This document shows, piece after piece, positions 32,655-41,028 of a stretch of 64,000 nt of DNA. Position numbers and translations under genes: made by a program. The stretch lies in assembly GCA_019429105.1 (NCBI GenBank), contig JAHYJE010000005.1, positions 1,175 to 65,174 on the forward strand, given 5' to 3'. Under the pieces are notes generated by a model. That model had not been told where the DNA came from. It searched no databases and worked only from the letters and a program-made list of their open reading frames with translations. Source of the stretch: Syntrophobacterales bacterium. GTDB lineage: Bacteria > Desulfobacterota > Syntrophia > Syntrophales > UBA5619. Position 1 is the stretch's first letter, and the number at the start of each line of letters is the position of its first letter.

Positions 32655-33122
32655 CTACGGACAATCATCAATCTTCACGCGGCCGGTGGAGGCCACCTTG
32701 ACGCATCTTTTTCCCGCCGTCTTTGAGCTGGTAAGCGTCACGGTTGTACCGAAGGCCGTGCCCCTCGGATAAAAAAGGGGATTCGCAGAGGCAACGAAGG
32801 TCACATCGTGATAGTCTGCCTGAATGTCCCTGCTTTGGGCCACCTCACCGGCGTCGGGTGAACCATTGCCATTATCATCATCAAGAACGACGTATTGATG
32901 AGCCCCGCTAAAAATCACACGGAAGTTGTTGTTTTGATTTACAGAACTCTCCCTGGCAAACATCATGTCCGCCATCACCATCCGCGCCGCGCCATTGAGG
33001 CGCCTTATAGCCATATACTCCATATAATTCGGAGCGGCAACGGCCGCCATGATTCCCATGACCGCCACAACAATCATCAGTTCCAAAAGGGTGAAACCCT
33101 TTCTATCGGATCGGTTGATCAT
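32655..33122 (-). CDS. GspH/FimT family pseudopilin
   Basis: It has the G|FTLLELMIVVAVMGIMAAVAAPN prepilin motif followed by a GspH-like region. Confidence 0.7.
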   Translation of the reverse strand: MINRSDRKGFTLLELMIVVAVMGIMAAVAAPNYMEYMAIRRLNGAARMVMADMMFARESSVNQNNNFRVIFSGAHQYVVLDDDNGNGSPDAGEVAQSRDIQADYHDVTFVASANPLFYPRGTAFGTTVTLTSSKTAGKRCVKVASTGRVKIDDCP

Positions 33123-33186
33123 CAGAATACTATTTTCCTTTCTCCGATAACCTCATTTTGCCTTTTGTGAAAAACCGGATTCTGGC

Positions 33187-33219
33187 TATAGAATAGTAAT
33201 GAAAATATATTTTTGTCAA
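33187..33219 (-). promoter_or_regulatory. candidate sigma70 promoter of the minor-pilin operon
   Basis: On the minus strand there is TTGACA at 33219->33214, followed by TACTAT (15-nt spacer) or TATTCT (18-nt spacer). The -10 assignment is ambiguous. Confidence 0.3.
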
Positions 33220-33238
33220 TAAGAAACTCGCTTAAAGT

Positions 33239-33275
33239 GTGAAGATTATCACACATTTTCGGTGATAATCTTCAC
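33239..33275. repeat. perfect 14-bp inverted repeat with a 9-nt spacer (GTGAAGATTATCAC-N9-GTGATAATCTTCAC)
   Basis: I read it directly at 33239-33252 and 33262-33275. It starts 1 nt after the pilD stop codon and lies about 20 nt upstream of the candidate -35 of the minor-pilin operon. Confidence 0.9.
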
Positions 33276-33276
33276 T

Positions 33277-34059
33277 TCACTTGCCAATGTTAAACAACAG
33301 TCGGCTCAATTCTTCTCCCCAGAACAGATAAACTACCGCGGAAAATGAAAGAAAAGGTCCGAAGGGGACGGCATACTTCATATCCTGCCCCTTTATCAGC
33401 ATTACCGCAATCCCCACAACCGCGCCAGAGAAGGAAGCAACCAAAAGCAGCGGTAAAAGCGCCTTCCATCCGAAAAACGCCCCCAGCATTGCCAGCAGGT
33501 TGACATCCCCGCCGCCCATCCCCTCGCGGCCGGTCAGCGCTTCGTAATAAACGGCGACAAAGTAGAGGCTGCCGGCACCGACCATAATCCCGAAAAAGAC
33601 CTCGCTTATCTCCATCCCCCTGAAAAAAACCGCCAGAATCGCAAAAACAGGGATGCCGGTCAGGGTCAAAACATGGGGGATTATCTGATGTTCGAGGTCA
33701 ATAAAGCTGATCACGACAAGAACGCAGACGAACAGGAAGGCCACGCCCCAAAGAGGGGTAAGCCCGAACTTCTGCAAGGTTATCAACGCCAAAAACGCAG
33801 TCAATATCTCAACGACAGGATAAATAAACGATATCCGCTTGCCGCAGTCCCGGCACTTCCCCCCAAGCAAAAGAAAGCTGAGCACGGGGATGTTGTCGTA
33901 AAGGCGGATCGGGTGGCCGCATTGGGGACAGCGGGAACGGGGATGAACGATCGAGACGCCCTCCGGGATGCGGCTGATGCAGACATTGAGAAAGCTGCCG
34001 ATCGCCGCGCCGGCAAGTGCAACAAAAACAGCAACCCACAACGTCCAGAAAAAATTCAT
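33277..34059 (-). CDS. pilD: prepilin peptidase / N-methyltransferase (A24 family)
   Basis: It has the zinc-binding CPQCGHPI...CRDCGKRI pairs, GGGDVNLLAMLGAFFG (catalytic Asp region), and multiple transmembrane segments. Confidence 0.9.
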   Translation of the reverse strand: MNFFWTLWVAVFVALAGAAIGSFLNVCISRIPEGVSIVHPRSRCPQCGHPIRLYDNIPVLSFLLLGGKCRDCGKRISFIYPVVEILTAFLALITLQKFGLTPLWGVAFLFVCVLVVISFIDLEHQIIPHVLTLTGIPVFAILAVFFRGMEISEVFFGIMVGAGSLYFVAVYYEALTGREGMGGGDVNLLAMLGAFFGWKALLPLLLVASFSGAVVGIAVMLIKGQDMKYAVPFGPFLSFSAVVYLFWGEELSRLLFNIGK

Positions 34060-34278
34060 AATCTACCACCTCCCGGGGAGCGTCCAGAACTCGCCTGCCG
34101 CCTCTTTTTGTGTATATTTATTTTTGTCCGTCAATAGCACATTATCAAGCGTATTAAAAAGGTCAAATCAACGGACTCATTCATCCCCTGCTGGAATTAT
34201 TTTCTTGACACTCAAGGCCGTTTTTCTTATACACATCATGTAAAAATAGATGCTTAGCAAAATATATCCTAAATCAAG

Positions 34279-34311
34279 GGAGGCAATTGCAAAACATTTG
34301 TCATTACCGAA
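34279..34311 (+). repeat. third copy of the terminal repeat of the 44.9-kb MITE-like element
   Basis: GGAGGCAATTGCAAAACATTTGTCATTACCGAA matches 44932-44965 at 31 of 34 aligned positions (2 mismatches, 1 gap). Confidence 0.8.
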
Positions 34312-34339
34312 CTATCAAGTTGGAAGGGATCCCGGCATT

Positions 34340-34633
34340 ATGAATTCTGAAATCGTTCTTTTCAAAACTTTCGCCGCCAAATATCTCTGGTGGCTGGATC
34401 AAGACGAGGCGCTCAGGCATCCGGAACGAATTGTTGTTCAAGTCATGAACCTTGGAGATTTTGCGGACGCAAACGAGGTTCTGGATGCTATCGGAGAAGA
34501 TAAAGCCCGTAAATTGCTCATCCACGCTGAGGCGGGTCAGTTCTCTCCTCGCTCGTGGCACTACTGGCATTACCGCCTGGGGCTTGCCGAAACAGGCGAC
34601 GTACCGCCGCTGCCGAAACGCAAGGTATGCTGA
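34340..34633 (+). CDS. putative antitoxin partner of a small AbiEii/DUF1814-type nucleotidyltransferase toxin
   Basis: The product is 97 aa from the ATG at 34340. Its stop overlaps the toxin ATG by 7 nt. The C-terminal FSPRSWHYWHYRLGL resembles the small proteins usually encoded upstream of these toxins. The assignment is by context. Confidence 0.5.
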   Translation: MNSEIVLFKTFAAKYLWWLDQDEALRHPERIVVQVMNLGDFADANEVLDAIGEDKARKLLIHAEAGQFSPRSWHYWHYRLGLAETGDVPPLPKRKVC

Positions 34634-35305
34634 TGGATTCATTTGTACCACAAATGCGGATACTTCCCCCTTCCCGGCAAACAATCTGGACCTCTCTGGC
34701 ATTCGCATCCAAGTCCGGATTCGTGCTTTATGGAGGCACTGCCATTGCGCTGCGCCTTGGTCACCGTCAATCCATTGATTTTGATTTTTTTTCCGACCAG
34801 CCGCTTGATAGGTCCAGGCTTTACAAAAGCCTTCCCATCCTGGCGGATTCCACGGTCATCCAGGATACGCCTGATTCATTCAGCGTTCTTGTTCCGGTCA
34901 ATGTTTCGGCTATCTTACAATATGTAAAGCTTTCTTTTTTCGGGAACATAGCTATTGGCAGAATCGGCAAACCGGAGGTTACGGCGGATGGGGTAATGGT
35001 CGTTGCCCCGCTTGCCGACATGATGGCGCACAAGTTGAAAGTCATTATGCAAAGGATTATCGAGACATTGCCGTCATGCTCAAACATGGAATGCTGCTTG
35101 ACGAAGCCCTGGCCGGCGCGGGCGCGCTCTTTGAAAAACGTTTCAGCCGAGCGAAAGCCTCAAGGCCCTGGTCTATTTCGAGGGGAGAGACCTGGACACC
35201 CTATCCGGCGAGGAACGGGCAATTCTCGTATCCGCTGTGAAAAAAGTTAAAAAAATACCGCTTTCCGCAATTCGTTCAAGATTTCTGATGGAGGGGCAAT
35301 TGTAA
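34627..35305 (+). pseudogene. nucleotidyltransferase AbiEii/AbiGii-family toxin, disrupted by two -1 frameshifts
   Basis: The N-terminal part FVLYGGTAIALRLGHRQSIDFDFFS is in frame A. KDYRDIAVMLKHGMLLDEALAGAGALFEKRFS is in a second frame from about 35052. SLKALVYFEGRDLDTLSGEERAILVSAVKKVKKIP is in a third frame, running to the TAA at 35303-35305. Confidence 0.75.
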
Positions 35306-35339
35306 TATTAAGGTAACTAAACCGCCAGGACTGCAATTT

Positions 35340-36458
35340 ATGGATGCCCAAAAACAACTCATTATTGATGAAAATTTCATGCGCCGGGCCTTGCGGCTGG
35401 CACAAAAAGGGGCTGGCTGCGTCAGCCCCAATCCGCTGGTCGGCGCGGTAATCGTCAGGAATGGACGGATAATCGCCGAGGGCTGGCATCAGCGCTGCGG
35501 TGAAAACCATGCGGAGATAAATGCCATTCAGAGGGCAAAAGAACCGCTCGCGGGTTCAACCTTCTATGTGACGCTGGAGCCGTGCAGTCATCACGGCAGG
35601 ACTCCTCCCTGTGCCGAGGCGCTCGTCGCCTGTCATCCCGCCCGCGTCGTCATCGGGACTACCGACCCCAATCCGCTGATTTCGGGCCGGGGTGTGGAAA
35701 TTCTGCAAAAAGGCGGCATCAAGACCGCAAACGGCGTTCTCGAGAAGGAGTGCCTGGAACTCAACCGGTTTTTCTTCAAATACATCCGCACCGGCCTTCC
35801 CTATGTAACCCTCAAGTTCGCCCAGACCCTCGATGGCCGCATCGCGACATCCTCCGGAGATTCCCGCTGGATCAGCTCCCCTGCTTCCTTGCGCTTCGCC
35901 CATCAGCTCCGGGGAATTCACGACGCGATCCTGGTCGGCGCCGGCACAGTCAGGACGGACAACCCGAAACTTACCTGCCGCCTCGCCAAAGGACGCGATC
36001 CGCTGAGAATCGTCCTCGATTCCCGCTTGTCGCTTCCTCTCGACCGGGAGATCTTCAGCGACGGAAAAAAGACGCTTGCGGTCTGCACGGATTTGGCCTC
36101 CCGGGAAAAGAAAAGCCTCCTGCAGCAGGGGGGCGTTGAAATTCTGGAAAGCGACGGCGAGCGCAACGGGCATATATCCCTCTTTGAGCTGCTGAAGAAT
36201 CTGGGAAAGCGGGGAATATCCTCCGTTCTGGTCGAAGGCGGCGCCGGCATGGCCACTGCGTTTCTGCGGGAAAATCTCGTTGACCAGCTCCTGATTATCG
36301 TCGCGCCCAAGCTTGTCGGAACGGGAACGGACGCGATCGGCGGGCTTGGCATAGAGAGAATGGCGGACGCGCTGAGTTTTTCGTTTCGGAAAATCTCCCG
36401 CCGGGGCGACGACCTGCTTATCGACATCCGCCTCAATCCCCGGCAGAAAAACCCTTAA
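35340..36458 (+). CDS. ribD: bifunctional riboflavin biosynthesis protein RibD (deaminase/reductase)
   Basis: It has the HAEINAI...PCSHHGRTPPC deaminase zinc motif and a C-terminal RibD reductase domain. Confidence 0.9.
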   Translation: MDAQKQLIIDENFMRRALRLAQKGAGCVSPNPLVGAVIVRNGRIIAEGWHQRCGENHAEINAIQRAKEPLAGSTFYVTLEPCSHHGRTPPCAEALVACHPARVVIGTTDPNPLISGRGVEILQKGGIKTANGVLEKECLELNRFFFKYIRTGLPYVTLKFAQTLDGRIATSSGDSRWISSPASLRFAHQLRGIHDAILVGAGTVRTDNPKLTCRLAKGRDPLRIVLDSRLSLPLDREIFSDGKKTLAVCTDLASREKKSLLQQGGVEILESDGERNGHISLFELLKNLGKRGISSVLVEGGAGMATAFLRENLVDQLLIIVAPKLVGTGTDAIGGLGIERMADALSFSFRKISRRGDDLLIDIRLNPRQKNP

Positions 36459-36504
36459 ACAGGCGCACAAGTTGCGGAAACCACCTGGAACAGCCGAACC
36501 GCCC

Positions 36505-38139
36505 TCACAAAAATAAGCAGGGGCGCGCCTTGTGCTTGTCCGACTCCAGCAGATGCGCCGCCGCCTTCATGCCGTCGAGGGCGGAGCTGACGATGCCGCC
36601 GGCGTATCCGGCGCCCTCCCCGCACGGGAAAAGCCCCTTAATGCTGATACTTTGCCCATCATCTCCGCGGAGAATGCGGACGGGAGACGACGTTCTCGTC
36701 TCGACTCCCACCAGCACGGCCTCCGCGGTTACAAAGCCCGGCATTTTTCGTTCGAAATCAGCGAACCCTTGTTTGAGAGCAGCAACGACAAACAGAGGTA
36801 AAACTTGGGCGAGATCCGCATCCCTCACCCCCGGCCGATAAGAACAGCTCCCGACCGGCGACGTTGTTGCCGCTGTCAGAAAATCGGTCAGACGCTGGGC
36901 GGGGGCGTGATAATCCGACCCGCCGGCAACAAAAGCCTCCTCCTCCCAATGACGGCGAAAGGCCAGCCCGGCAAGCGGCCCGTTGCTTCCCAAGTCTTCC
37001 GTTCGGATATTGACGACAGCCGCGCCGTTGGCAAGAGGACCGTTGCGCTTCAGTAAACTCATCCCGTTTGTCACAACCCCCCCAGCTGCAACGCTGCTCC
37101 CGATCACCGACCCGCCGGGGCACATGCAAAAGGAATAGACTGAGCGGTTTTGCTCGGCAAGCTTTGCCGTCAGAAAATACTCCGCCGGCGGCAAGCCGGC
37201 TTGCCCCGCCCAGCGTCCATACTGGATGGAGTTGATCAGTGCCTGCGGATGTTCGACGCGCAGCCCCACGGCAAAAGCCTTCGACGCCATCGCCGCGCCC
37301 CTGGTTGCCAACTGGCAATAGGTTTCGTCCGCCGATTGGCCGATGGCAAGTATCAGATGACTTGTCATTATCTCTTCGGAATCATTAACGACAACTCCGG
37401 CTACCTGACCTTTCTGCAGCAGCAGATCGGTCAGGCGCGAATCAAAGCGAACCTCGCACCCCAGTTCTATCAAACGTTTACGCATATTTACAACAACAGC
37501 TCGCAGACGATCAGTCCCGATATGGGGATGGGCGTCAACGAGAATTTCCGCAGGCGCGCCGCACTCGACTAAGATTTTTTTTACCCTTGCCGCCAGGGGA
37601 TTTTTGACGCGGCTGGTCAGTTTGCCGTCGGAAAACGTCCCCGCTCCTCCCTCTCCGAAACAGACGTTGCTTTCGGGATTGAGCCTCCCCTTTTCCCAGA
37701 ACTCTTCGACATCCAGGAGGCGCTTCGGCACTGGCCTGCCCCGCTCCAGCAAAATAACGGGCACCCCCCTTTCGGCAAGGGCAAGAGCGGCAAAAAGCCC
37801 TGCCGGCCCGCTGCCGACAACAACCGGTCTCTGCTTGAAAACCGGGAGGGTCTCGGGAGGTGATTCCTGCGAGGCAACGTCTTCAAACTCTTCGGAAACA
37901 GTTGCCCCGAAAGTTTCCCGTTCTTTATCCAAACGCCAAGCCACACCCTCAGCCAGCCGGACCTTCAGAAGATAAACAAAACGGGGCGGTCGGGAGCGCC
38001 TCGCGTCGAGCGACCGCCGCAGCACCTCTACTGAAGAAATCGCCCCTTCCGGAATGTTCAGCAGCAAGGCAACGCGACTCGCGAGACTTCCTTCCCACTC
38101 CCCCACATCAATAGATAAACCACTAATCTGTAATAACAT
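36505..38139 (-). CDS. FAD-dependent oxidoreductase (COG2509-like uncharacterised dehydrogenase)
   Basis: It has the VVVGSGPAGLFAALALAERG dinucleotide-binding motif and the C-terminal GLFPCGEGAGYAGGIVSSALDG typical of this family. Confidence 0.7.
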   Translation of the reverse strand: MLLQISGLSIDVGEWEGSLASRVALLLNIPEGAISSVEVLRRSLDARRSRPPRFVYLLKVRLAEGVAWRLDKERETFGATVSEEFEDVASQESPPETLPVFKQRPVVVGSGPAGLFAALALAERGVPVILLERGRPVPKRLLDVEEFWEKGRLNPESNVCFGEGGAGTFSDGKLTSRVKNPLAARVKKILVECGAPAEILVDAHPHIGTDRLRAVVVNMRKRLIELGCEVRFDSRLTDLLLQKGQVAGVVVNDSEEIMTSHLILAIGQSADETYCQLATRGAAMASKAFAVGLRVEHPQALINSIQYGRWAGQAGLPPAEYFLTAKLAEQNRSVYSFCMCPGGSVIGSSVAAGGVVTNGMSLLKRNGPLANGAAVVNIRTEDLGSNGPLAGLAFRRHWEEEAFVAGGSDYHAPAQRLTDFLTAATTSPVGSCSYRPGVRDADLAQVLPLFVVAALKQGFADFERKMPGFVTAEAVLVGVETRTSSPVRILRGDDGQSISIKGLFPCGEGAGYAGGIVSSALDGMKAAAHLLESDKHKARPCLFL

Positions 38140-38287
38140 TAATTATTTGCCTTCTCGAAATATCCTTAAAAAAACATCACCCGAAAACCATGAATTTCCG
38201 GATAAACAAAAAAGACCATTGAAAAATATTATCCTTTGCTATAAACGACTTGGGCGCTTGCGCACAAAAATGGAAAAAGGAAAACAG

Positions 38288-38791
38288 ATGCCCTGGTACG
38301 CCGTTCATACAAGAAGCCGACATGAAGACCGTGTTAACGCCCTGCTGCTCCTGAAATCATTTAATGCCTTTCTACCCAAAATGGAGACGTGGAGCAAGCG
38401 AAAAGACCGGCGCAAAAGGATCATGCTCCCGATGTTTCCGGGATACATCTTCGTGGAAACACCAATACTCAATAATGAAATAAAGGTTGATATTCTGAAA
38501 ACCTTCGGAGTTGTCCGCATCCTGGGAAAACCGTACGGGTCGGTGGCCATTCCGGTGCCGGACGCAACAATCGACGCGATTCACCGAATTGTCGATTCGA
38601 AGATCGAGGTGCAGCAATTGCAGTATCCTCACGTCGGGGAGCGCGCCCGCATCGTCGCCGGTCCATTCAAGGGAATCGAAGGTCTGGTCGTGGAAACGGA
38701 CTACAATAAGGAACTGTTTGTTGTCACCATCGATCTTCTCCAAAGATCGATAGCCGTCAAGCTGGAGGGATTTGCAGTCGCCCGTTTATAG
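38288..38791 (+). CDS. NusG paralog, UpxY/RfaH-like transcription antiterminator
   Basis: The product starts MPWYAVHTRSRHE and contains MFPGYIFVE (NGN domain). The C-terminal KOW-like region is GERARIVAGPFKGIEGLVVE. Confidence 0.75.
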   Translation: MPWYAVHTRSRHEDRVNALLLLKSFNAFLPKMETWSKRKDRRKRIMLPMFPGYIFVETPILNNEIKVDILKTFGVVRILGKPYGSVAIPVPDATIDAIHRIVDSKIEVQQLQYPHVGERARIVAGPFKGIEGLVVETDYNKELFVVTIDLLQRSIAVKLEGFAVARL

Positions 38792-38862
38792 GCGGAGGGG
38801 TAAATTGTCCATGATTGCTCAACTTAACCTGATTGATAACTGAAAAGCCGGAGACCTGGGCG

Positions 38863-40536
38863 ATGTCGTTGCGAGAGATCATCACCAAACATTCAAAAAG
38901 TTTCATCATTTGGCTCTTGCTGGGCAGCGGGCTTTACCTGACGAGTCTGTACAGCTATCTGCTCTTTCATGTCGTCGCGGAAGGGTTTTCCTTCGTCATT
39001 GCCTTCTCCCTTTTCTTGATGGCCTGGAACACCCGTCGTTTGGCGAATAACCACTATGTGCTCTTTCTCAGCATCGCCTTTCTGTTTGCGGGTTCGATCG
39101 ATCTGATTCATACCCTGACCTACAGGGGCATGGGAATTTTCCCGGGTTTTGATGCCAATCTGCCCACGCAGCTCTGGCTCATCGCCCGTTATATGCAGAG
39201 CATATCCCTGCTGGCGGCGCCCTGGTTTATCGACAAAAAACTCAAGATAAACGCCGTTTTCGGCTTTTATCTTTTCATAACCATCCTGCTTCTGGCAATG
39301 GCCTTCTCCGGCAGGTTCTTTCCCGTCTGCTTTGTCGAAGGTCTGGGTCTGACACCCTTTAAAATAGTCAGCGAATACGCAATCTGCACAATTCTGTTTT
39401 TTGCGCTGATTTTGCTGCTGCGCCGCAGCAAACAGCTCGATCCGTTGATCCTCAAATTGATGATCTGGTCGCTCCTCTTCACGATCGTCTCGGAGCTGGC
39501 CTTTACCTTTTACATCAGCGTTTACGGCCTTTCCAACCTTGTCGGCCACTACTTCAAGATATTTGCGTTCTTCCTCGTTTATCGGGCGATTATCGTGACC
39601 GGTCTGGAAAATCCTCACCGCCTGCTTTTCTACGACCTGCAGAAAAACCGAGAAGAGCTGCAAACCATCATCGACTCTGCGCCCATCCTGATTTTTTACA
39701 AGGACTGCGAAAACAGATTGATCCGCGTCAACAAGGCGCTCGCCGACGCAACCGGTCTGCCCAAGGGAAAAATTGAAGGAAGGAATGCCTCGGAAGTTTA
39801 TCCCTCCCAGTCTGCCAGGTACTGGGAAGACGACAAGGAGGTAATCGCCTCAGGCGAACCCAAAAACGGCATCAGCGAAACGATTGAAACCATCAGCGGC
39901 CAGCGATGGCTGCAAACCGACAAGATACCTTACAGGGAACCAGGCGGCAGCATTACCGGCGTCATCGGCTTTTCCATTGACATAACCGAACGTAGACAGG
40001 CCGAGAAGGCTTTGAGGGAAAGCGAACAAAAGTACCGGGAACTCAGCATCATCGACGACCTCACACAGCTTTACAATTCCCGGTATTTTTATCGCCAGCT
40101 TAAAATCGAAATCGAGCGAGCCAAGCGCTATCGGCAGCCGCTGACTCTTTTGCTCCTGGACATTGACGACTTCAAGGGATTCAACGACGCCTATGGACAT
40201 ATCGAGGGAGATCAGGCCCTGAAGCGGCTCGGTCAGGTGATGAAACAATGCCTGAGAAAGACCGATTCCGCCTATCGCTACGGCGGCGAGGAATTTACAA
40301 TCATCATGCCGATGACTGAAAGCAAAGATGGCATTTTGTCGGCGGAAAGGATCCGGCAGGAATTCAAAAAAGCGATTTTTTCACCGGCGCCAGGTCAAGA
40401 AGTGCATTTGACGGTAAGCGTCGGGCTTGGGCAGTACCGGCCGCAGGAAGACATAAAAGGCTTCGTGCAGCGGGTTGACCAGCTCATGTATCGGGGAAAG
40501 AAAAACGGCAAGGACCAAATTTGTACTGAACCATGA
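38863..40536 (+). CDS. MASE3-PAS-GGDEF diguanylate cyclase
   Basis: It has a multi-transmembrane N-terminus with MASE3-like HVVAEGFSFVIAFSLF...GSIDLIHTLTYRGMGIF, then a PAS region, then a GGDEF domain. The active site is RYGGEEF, with an RKTD (RxxD) I-site 5 residues upstream. Confidence 0.8.
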   Translation: MSLREIITKHSKSFIIWLLLGSGLYLTSLYSYLLFHVVAEGFSFVIAFSLFLMAWNTRRLANNHYVLFLSIAFLFAGSIDLIHTLTYRGMGIFPGFDANLPTQLWLIARYMQSISLLAAPWFIDKKLKINAVFGFYLFITILLLAMAFSGRFFPVCFVEGLGLTPFKIVSEYAICTILFFALILLLRRSKQLDPLILKLMIWSLLFTIVSELAFTFYISVYGLSNLVGHYFKIFAFFLVYRAIIVTGLENPHRLLFYDLQKNREELQTIIDSAPILIFYKDCENRLIRVNKALADATGLPKGKIEGRNASEVYPSQSARYWEDDKEVIASGEPKNGISETIETISGQRWLQTDKIPYREPGGSITGVIGFSIDITERRQAEKALRESEQKYRELSIIDDLTQLYNSRYFYRQLKIEIERAKRYRQPLTLLLLDIDDFKGFNDAYGHIEGDQALKRLGQVMKQCLRKTDSAYRYGGEEFTIIMPMTESKDGILSAERIRQEFKKAIFSPAPGQEVHLTVSVGLGQYRPQEDIKGFVQRVDQLMYRGKKNGKDQICTEP

Positions 40537-40815
40537 ATTCAGAGGCCTTACGGGGAAACCCATTAACGGCAAGTTGTCGAAACAGGCGGCTTGAAAACAA
40601 CAAGCCCCCGGTGCATTTGAGGAAGGCAAAATATTTTATCTTGACATCTTTTTTCAAATAGGCAAAAAGTCCACTTTCGTGCGGCGCTGTTCAGAATATC
40701 TTTCACAAAAAGAGCCGGGGATGGGCAGAAACAGGGTGAGCGCCTTCGCATAACACCCGAAGGCGTTCGCAATAAACATTGCAACGAAACAACATGATCA
40801 TCGGGAGACAAAGCT

Positions 40816-41028
40816 TTGAAGGGGTACATCGTAATAGACAAGGAACTTTGCAAGGAATGCCATCTCTGCATTCAGGCTTGCAACAATGGGCTGATCGTCT
40901 CTTCCCATGAATTCAATTCCAAGGGATATCGCCCCGTCCGCTTCCAGGATGAGGAGAAAAAGTGTAGCGGTTGCGCCTTGTGCGCAATCACTTGCCCGGA
41001 TATTGCCATCGAGGTTTACCGTGAATAA
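40816..41028 (+). CDS. 2-oxoacid:ferredoxin oxidoreductase delta subunit (2x[4Fe-4S] ferredoxin)
   Basis: It has two CxxCxxCxxxCP-type motifs (CKECHLCIQAC, CSGCALCAITCP). It uses a TTG start after GGGAGA. Confidence 0.8.
   Translation: MKGYIVIDKELCKECHLCIQACNNGLIVSSHEFNSKGYRPVRFQDEEKKCSGCALCAITCPDIAIEVYRE

Noticed and set aside
34250-34339. The first 30 codons of ORF 34250-34633, considered as part of the antitoxin
   Set aside because: This stretch is occupied by the dispersed repeat copy (34279-34311). The ATG at 34340 gives a protein of the expected size.
35285-35312. GGAGGGGCAATTGTAA at the toxin 3' end, considered as a fourth copy of the dispersed repeat that would flank the TA cassette
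   Set aside because: Only about the first 15 nt resemble the repeat. The rest diverges completely, and the stretch is coding sequence (MEGQL-stop) of the reconstructed toxin.
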